The notes beneath the pieces were generated by a model. That model worked only from the letters and a program-made list of their open reading frames with translations, had not been told where the DNA came from and made no database searches. Below are positions 21,243-24,000 of a stretch of 24,000 nucleotides of DNA, one piece after another (position 1 is the first letter of the stretch; each line of letters begins with the position of its first letter). The translations under genes were made by a program, and so were the position numbers. This stretch comes from Candidatus Woesearchaeota archaeon (GTDB lineage Archaea; Nanobdellota; Nanobdellia; Pacearchaeales; GW2011-AR1), in assembly GCA_964354195.1 (NCBI GenBank), contig CAYGYN010000044.1, positions 10,655-34,654 on the forward strand, read 5' to 3'.

Positions 21243-21280
21243 CAAAAGAAAAATGGGATAAAGATTGTTTGCAATCTTTA
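21243..21280 (-). terminator. Hairpin plus T-tract downstream of uppS
   Basis: On the minus strand, 7 nt after the uppS stop: TAAAGATTG-CAAA-CAATCTTTA (9-bp perfect stem, 21259-21280), followed by TCCCATTTTTCTTTTG. Confidence 0.4.
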
Positions 21281-21287
21281 GATCTGT

Positions 21288-21980
21288 CTAATTCCCGCCA
21301 AAAGTTCTCTTCCTCTTCCCGAACTCAGAAATTGCTTCTTTAAGCTCGCAGGCATCAAAATCAGGGAAATGTACATCTGAGAAATAAAGCTCTGAGTAAG
21401 CTGACTGGAAAGGCATGAAGCCGCTTGTTCTCTTCTCCCCTGATGTTCTTATTATCAAGTCCGGCTCGGGGATTCCCGCAGAATCCAAATATCCCGCAAA
21501 ATCATTTTCATTAATTTCCCTCTTCCCGCTCTTCAGTATCTTGTTTATAGCTCTAACAATCTCATCCCTTCCCCCATAGTCAAGGCAAATCTGCACATGA
21601 AAATCGCTATTATCTTTTGTCTCTTCTTCCAACTTATTAATTTCCTCAATCAGATATTTGGGCATCCTGTCTTTCCTGCCAATGTGCCTGAACCTTATTT
21701 TGTTCTCAATAGCCTCTTTTCTCCACTCTTTTACAGCTTTTGAAACAAGCTCAAAAATAGAATCAATTTCTCGGGTATCTCGCTTCCAATTCTCAGTTGA
21801 GAAGCCCCAGAATGAAAGATATTTCACCCCTTCTCCCCTTGCTGTATCAAACAAGTCTTTAATATGCTCGTAGCTGCCTGCCTTCTTGTGCCCTGCGCTG
21901 GCAATCAATCCTTTGGATTTTGCCCATCTCCTGTTTCCATCAGGTATTATTGAGATGTGCACTGGAATCTTATTAGTCAT
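21288..21980 (-). CDS. uppS: Undecaprenyl/dolichyl-type cis-prenyltransferase (UppS family)
   Basis: HISIIPDGNRRWAK...YLSFWGFSTENWKR...DLIIRTSGEKRTSGFMPFQSAYSELYF are canonical cis-IPPS motifs. The start overlaps the upstream stop (TAATG), consistent with co-transcription and suggesting translational coupling. Confidence 0.9.
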   Translation of the reverse strand: MTNKIPVHISIIPDGNRRWAKSKGLIASAGHKKAGSYEHIKDLFDTARGEGVKYLSFWGFSTENWKRDTREIDSIFELVSKAVKEWRKEAIENKIRFRHIGRKDRMPKYLIEEINKLEEETKDNSDFHVQICLDYGGRDEIVRAINKILKSGKREINENDFAGYLDSAGIPEPDLIIRTSGEKRTSGFMPFQSAYSELYFSDVHFPDFDACELKEAISEFGKRKRTFGGN

Positions 21981-23032
21981 TATATTTCTTTCTCAAATAG
22001 CTCTTTAAACTTTTCCAAGTCTTCTGTCCTTATTCTTGCCCCAACTGCATCCCTGTGCCCGCCACCAGTTGCATTCCCGAGTTGCTTGAGCACTTCTTCA
22101 AGAGTCTGTTTAACATTCTTCCCCCTCATTGAAAGATTTGTTATTGAGCCTTTCTTGTAAGCCACAAGAATATACTTCTCAGGATAAAGATAAGACAATT
22201 CATTCGCCAAGTCAGCGCTTATGCTCATCTCTCCACCATAAATCAAATAAATAACCTTGCCAGACTCAGATTCTTTCGCTTCCTTCAATAAAATATCATA
22301 TTTCTTCTTTATATCAGCATATTTTGTCCTGAAAGGCTTGTTCATCTCCATCTCAAGAAAAATTTCATTTGGGGATTTGCATGAAATTAAGAAACTCTGC
22401 AGTTTTACGACATTGCTCACAGAATCTTTCAACCCAAAGTTTAATGCGATTGCAATCCTGCCAATCTCTGTCTTGTAATAAACATCAAACGGCTTCTCCA
22501 GCTCCTTGTTCCAGAATTCAGGATATCTTTTCGCAAACTCGGAAACAAAATCAGGCATATAATGGTCAGCAATGCAGCCCATCAGCGCAATCCACAAATC
22601 CTCCACTCTTCCAGTTATGTTGTAAGCAAGATAGCTTGTCGGCTCGTTTGTTTTTTCACTTCTAAGAGCAGGATTATAGATATGCAGGTTCTTGAATTTG
22701 TCAAAATCAGAGAGCGCTTTTGCATTCATGTCATGATGGTCAATCCAGACAACAGGAATCTGCAATTTGTCCGCACCCTCAAGAAACTCTTCTGCAACAA
22801 CAGGCTTGTCAACTATGAAAATATAATCTGCCTTAAGCTGTTCAGCTTTCTTCAGGTAAGATGCATCAAGCTCAGGATAGCTCCTGACAGCAACGCCATA
22901 GCCTCTACCAAGATACCTTCTCAGCAAAAGAAAAGCGCACAATCCATCGCAGTCATTGTCATAATAAAATATGGGATTTTGCGCTTTCTCAAGATGTTCA
23001 AGAACCTCAGATACTTCTTTCTTTGTCAGCAT
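21980..23032 (-). CDS. DHH/DHHA1-family phosphoesterase (NrnA/RecJ-like)
   Basis: Motifs YYDNDCDGLCA, VVWIDHHD and GGGHRDAVGA. Start refined to the ATG at 23032 (MLTKKEV): TTTTAAAA lies 30 nt upstream, and the ORF-track start is a TTG 5 codons earlier. Confidence 0.85.
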   Translation of the reverse strand: MLTKKEVSEVLEHLEKAQNPIFYYDNDCDGLCAFLLLRRYLGRGYGVAVRSYPELDASYLKKAEQLKADYIFIVDKPVVAEEFLEGADKLQIPVVWIDHHDMNAKALSDFDKFKNLHIYNPALRSEKTNEPTSYLAYNITGRVEDLWIALMGCIADHYMPDFVSEFAKRYPEFWNKELEKPFDVYYKTEIGRIAIALNFGLKDSVSNVVKLQSFLISCKSPNEIFLEMEMNKPFRTKYADIKKKYDILLKEAKESESGKVIYLIYGGEMSISADLANELSYLYPEKYILVAYKKGSITNLSMRGKNVKQTLEEVLKQLGNATGGGHRDAVGARIRTEDLEKFKELFEKEI

Positions 23033-23072
23033 AATAAAAGAATACAATTCCTGTTTTTAAAATCTACTAAAC

Positions 23073-23810
23073 TTAAACAATGCTTATCTTGCAGCATCTT
23101 ACTTTAATCCAATCAAGATGTGTCTCGCCAGAACTCCCCTGCCCACTTCCGGTTGCAATCTCACCATTGGGGCATAACCACTCCTTTACGCATGCACCGC
23201 ATCTTACTGCCCCGACCCAATGGCAAGTCGTATAATTGATGAAAAGTGTCCCTACACTGCCGCCACCGCCAGCCGGCCATGTTGTTCTGCAATCTGTTCC
23301 AATGCAAACTCCTGCTGATTTAAGATAATTAGTTGTGCTTATGTTTCCGTTCACTTCCAATTTTTCAACAGGGGTTAAAGTCCCAATACCCACATTGCCC
23401 TCGTCTTTCTGCAAGATTACATTTCCCCCGCCAATTCCCGAACTGCTCAAATATAAATTCTGGTATGTTGCTGTACCAAACGCCTTTATTTCATTGCCTG
23501 TAATTGAGATGCTTGGAGCACCTGTTAATCCTTGTTCATGAAATCCAATAAGTGCGCTGTTTACCAGCATGCTCCCATTGACATCCAAGTTTGTTCCAGG
23601 ATTTGATGTTCCAATGCCCATTCTTCCATTAATACTGACATTAGCTTTAATCATCTTGCTCCAATCCATCTCATCAATCGAGTGCCCGAAAACAGCAGGA
23701 TTCGCAGGAATTGAATTATACGCATAAACCCCTACAAATCCAATAAGAATTAATCCAATAAGTAAGCTAAATACCAAGAATTTCTTGTTAAGATTCACCT
23801 CTATTTTCAT
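23073..23810 (-). CDS. Signal-anchored tail-fibre-like repeat protein, MKIEVNL-leader family member P3
   Basis: Start refined to the ATG at 23810 (TTTAAATA 29 nt upstream; the track start is TTG). MKIEVNLNKKFLVFSLLIGLILIGFVGVYAYNSIPANPAVFGHSIDEMDW. Repeats MGIGTSNPGTNLDVNGS and NVGIGTLTPVEKLEVNGN. AGVCIGTDCRTTWPAGGGGS motif. Ends VRCCKISIV. Confidence 0.8.
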   Translation of the reverse strand: MKIEVNLNKKFLVFSLLIGLILIGFVGVYAYNSIPANPAVFGHSIDEMDWSKMIKANVSINGRMGIGTSNPGTNLDVNGSMLVNSALIGFHEQGLTGAPSISITGNEIKAFGTATYQNLYLSSSGIGGGNVILQKDEGNVGIGTLTPVEKLEVNGNISTTNYLKSAGVCIGTDCRTTWPAGGGGSVGTLFINYTTCHWVGAVRCGACVKEWLCPNGEIATGSGQGSSGETHLDWIKVRCCKISIV

Positions 23811-23841
23811 ATCCAAGAAAGACAAGTCTATTATTTAAACT

Positions 23842-24000
23842 TTACAATTTTTTCCAATTCCATGCCAATAATATGAGCAGCATAATCAAGCCTCCAAAGG
23901 CAAACCAAGCCCAGGGACTCAAAGAACCCAATATTGCCTGTGCTTGAACAGTTGCCTGCTGGGTGGCTGCCTGCGCAGGCGCAGCAGCAAGCATTGCTCC
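23842..24000 (-). CDS. Partial CDS (C-terminal 52 codons; begins beyond right edge): protein with C-terminal TM anchor
   Basis: The reverse strand reads ...GAMLAAAPAQAATQQATVQAQAILGSLSPWAWFAFGGLIMLLILLAWNWKKL* with the stop at 23844-23842. Open to the window edge, so absent from the ORF track. Confidence 0.4.
   Translation of the reverse strand, partial: GAMLAAAPAQAATQQATVQAQAILGSLSPWAWFAFGGLIMLLILLAWNWKKL

Noticed and set aside
22257-23107. Plus-strand ORFs, including a 181-aa ORF antisense to the DHH phosphoesterase
   Set aside because: The DHH, DHHA1 (GGGH) and DxD motifs lie in the minus frame. The plus-strand translations are low-complexity with no start-site support.

Overview
AT-rich archaeal chromosomal segment. 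Archaeal hallmarks are gatD, archaeal-type gatB, deoxyhypusine synthase, a TrmB regulator, and TATA boxes about 29-30 nt upstream of start codons. The secreted-protein repertoire looks DPANN-like, but that placement is inference only. Housekeeping genes: gatD, gatB, dys, uppS, a DHH/DHHA1 phosphoesterase, an amino-acid permease and tRNA-Arg(TCG). They sit among many secreted, Cys-rich, N-glycosylation-sequon-rich surface proteins. The main feature is an 11-kb minus-strand surface-protein cluster (15195 down to 4205) next to the tRNA. Three tightly linked surface-protein genes precede a 2,451-aa giant gene. The giant protein appears to have both termini in the cytoplasm and an ectodomain of about 2,170 aa. 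The ectodomain carries three nested LamG modules, a Cys-rich core and about 116 N-X-S/T sequons (hand count). Behind a second TM helix sits a 174-aa tail with two tandem sigma-70-region-4/LuxR-like HTH repeats. I read this as a candidate membrane-tethered transcription factor and contact sensor; this function is untested. Three things add to the case. The neighbouring 504-aa surface protein has a cytoplasmic PRC-barrel tail. A secreted 311-aa protein is a paralog of the giant protein's membrane-proximal 252 aa. The giant gene's leaderless promoter is tandemly duplicated. A second notable set is three paralogous signal-anchored tail-fibre-like proteins with a shared MKIEVNL leader, GIGT repeats and a C-x-C-R-T-x-WP motif, interleaved with essential genes. 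No transposase, integrase or CRISPR array was seen.
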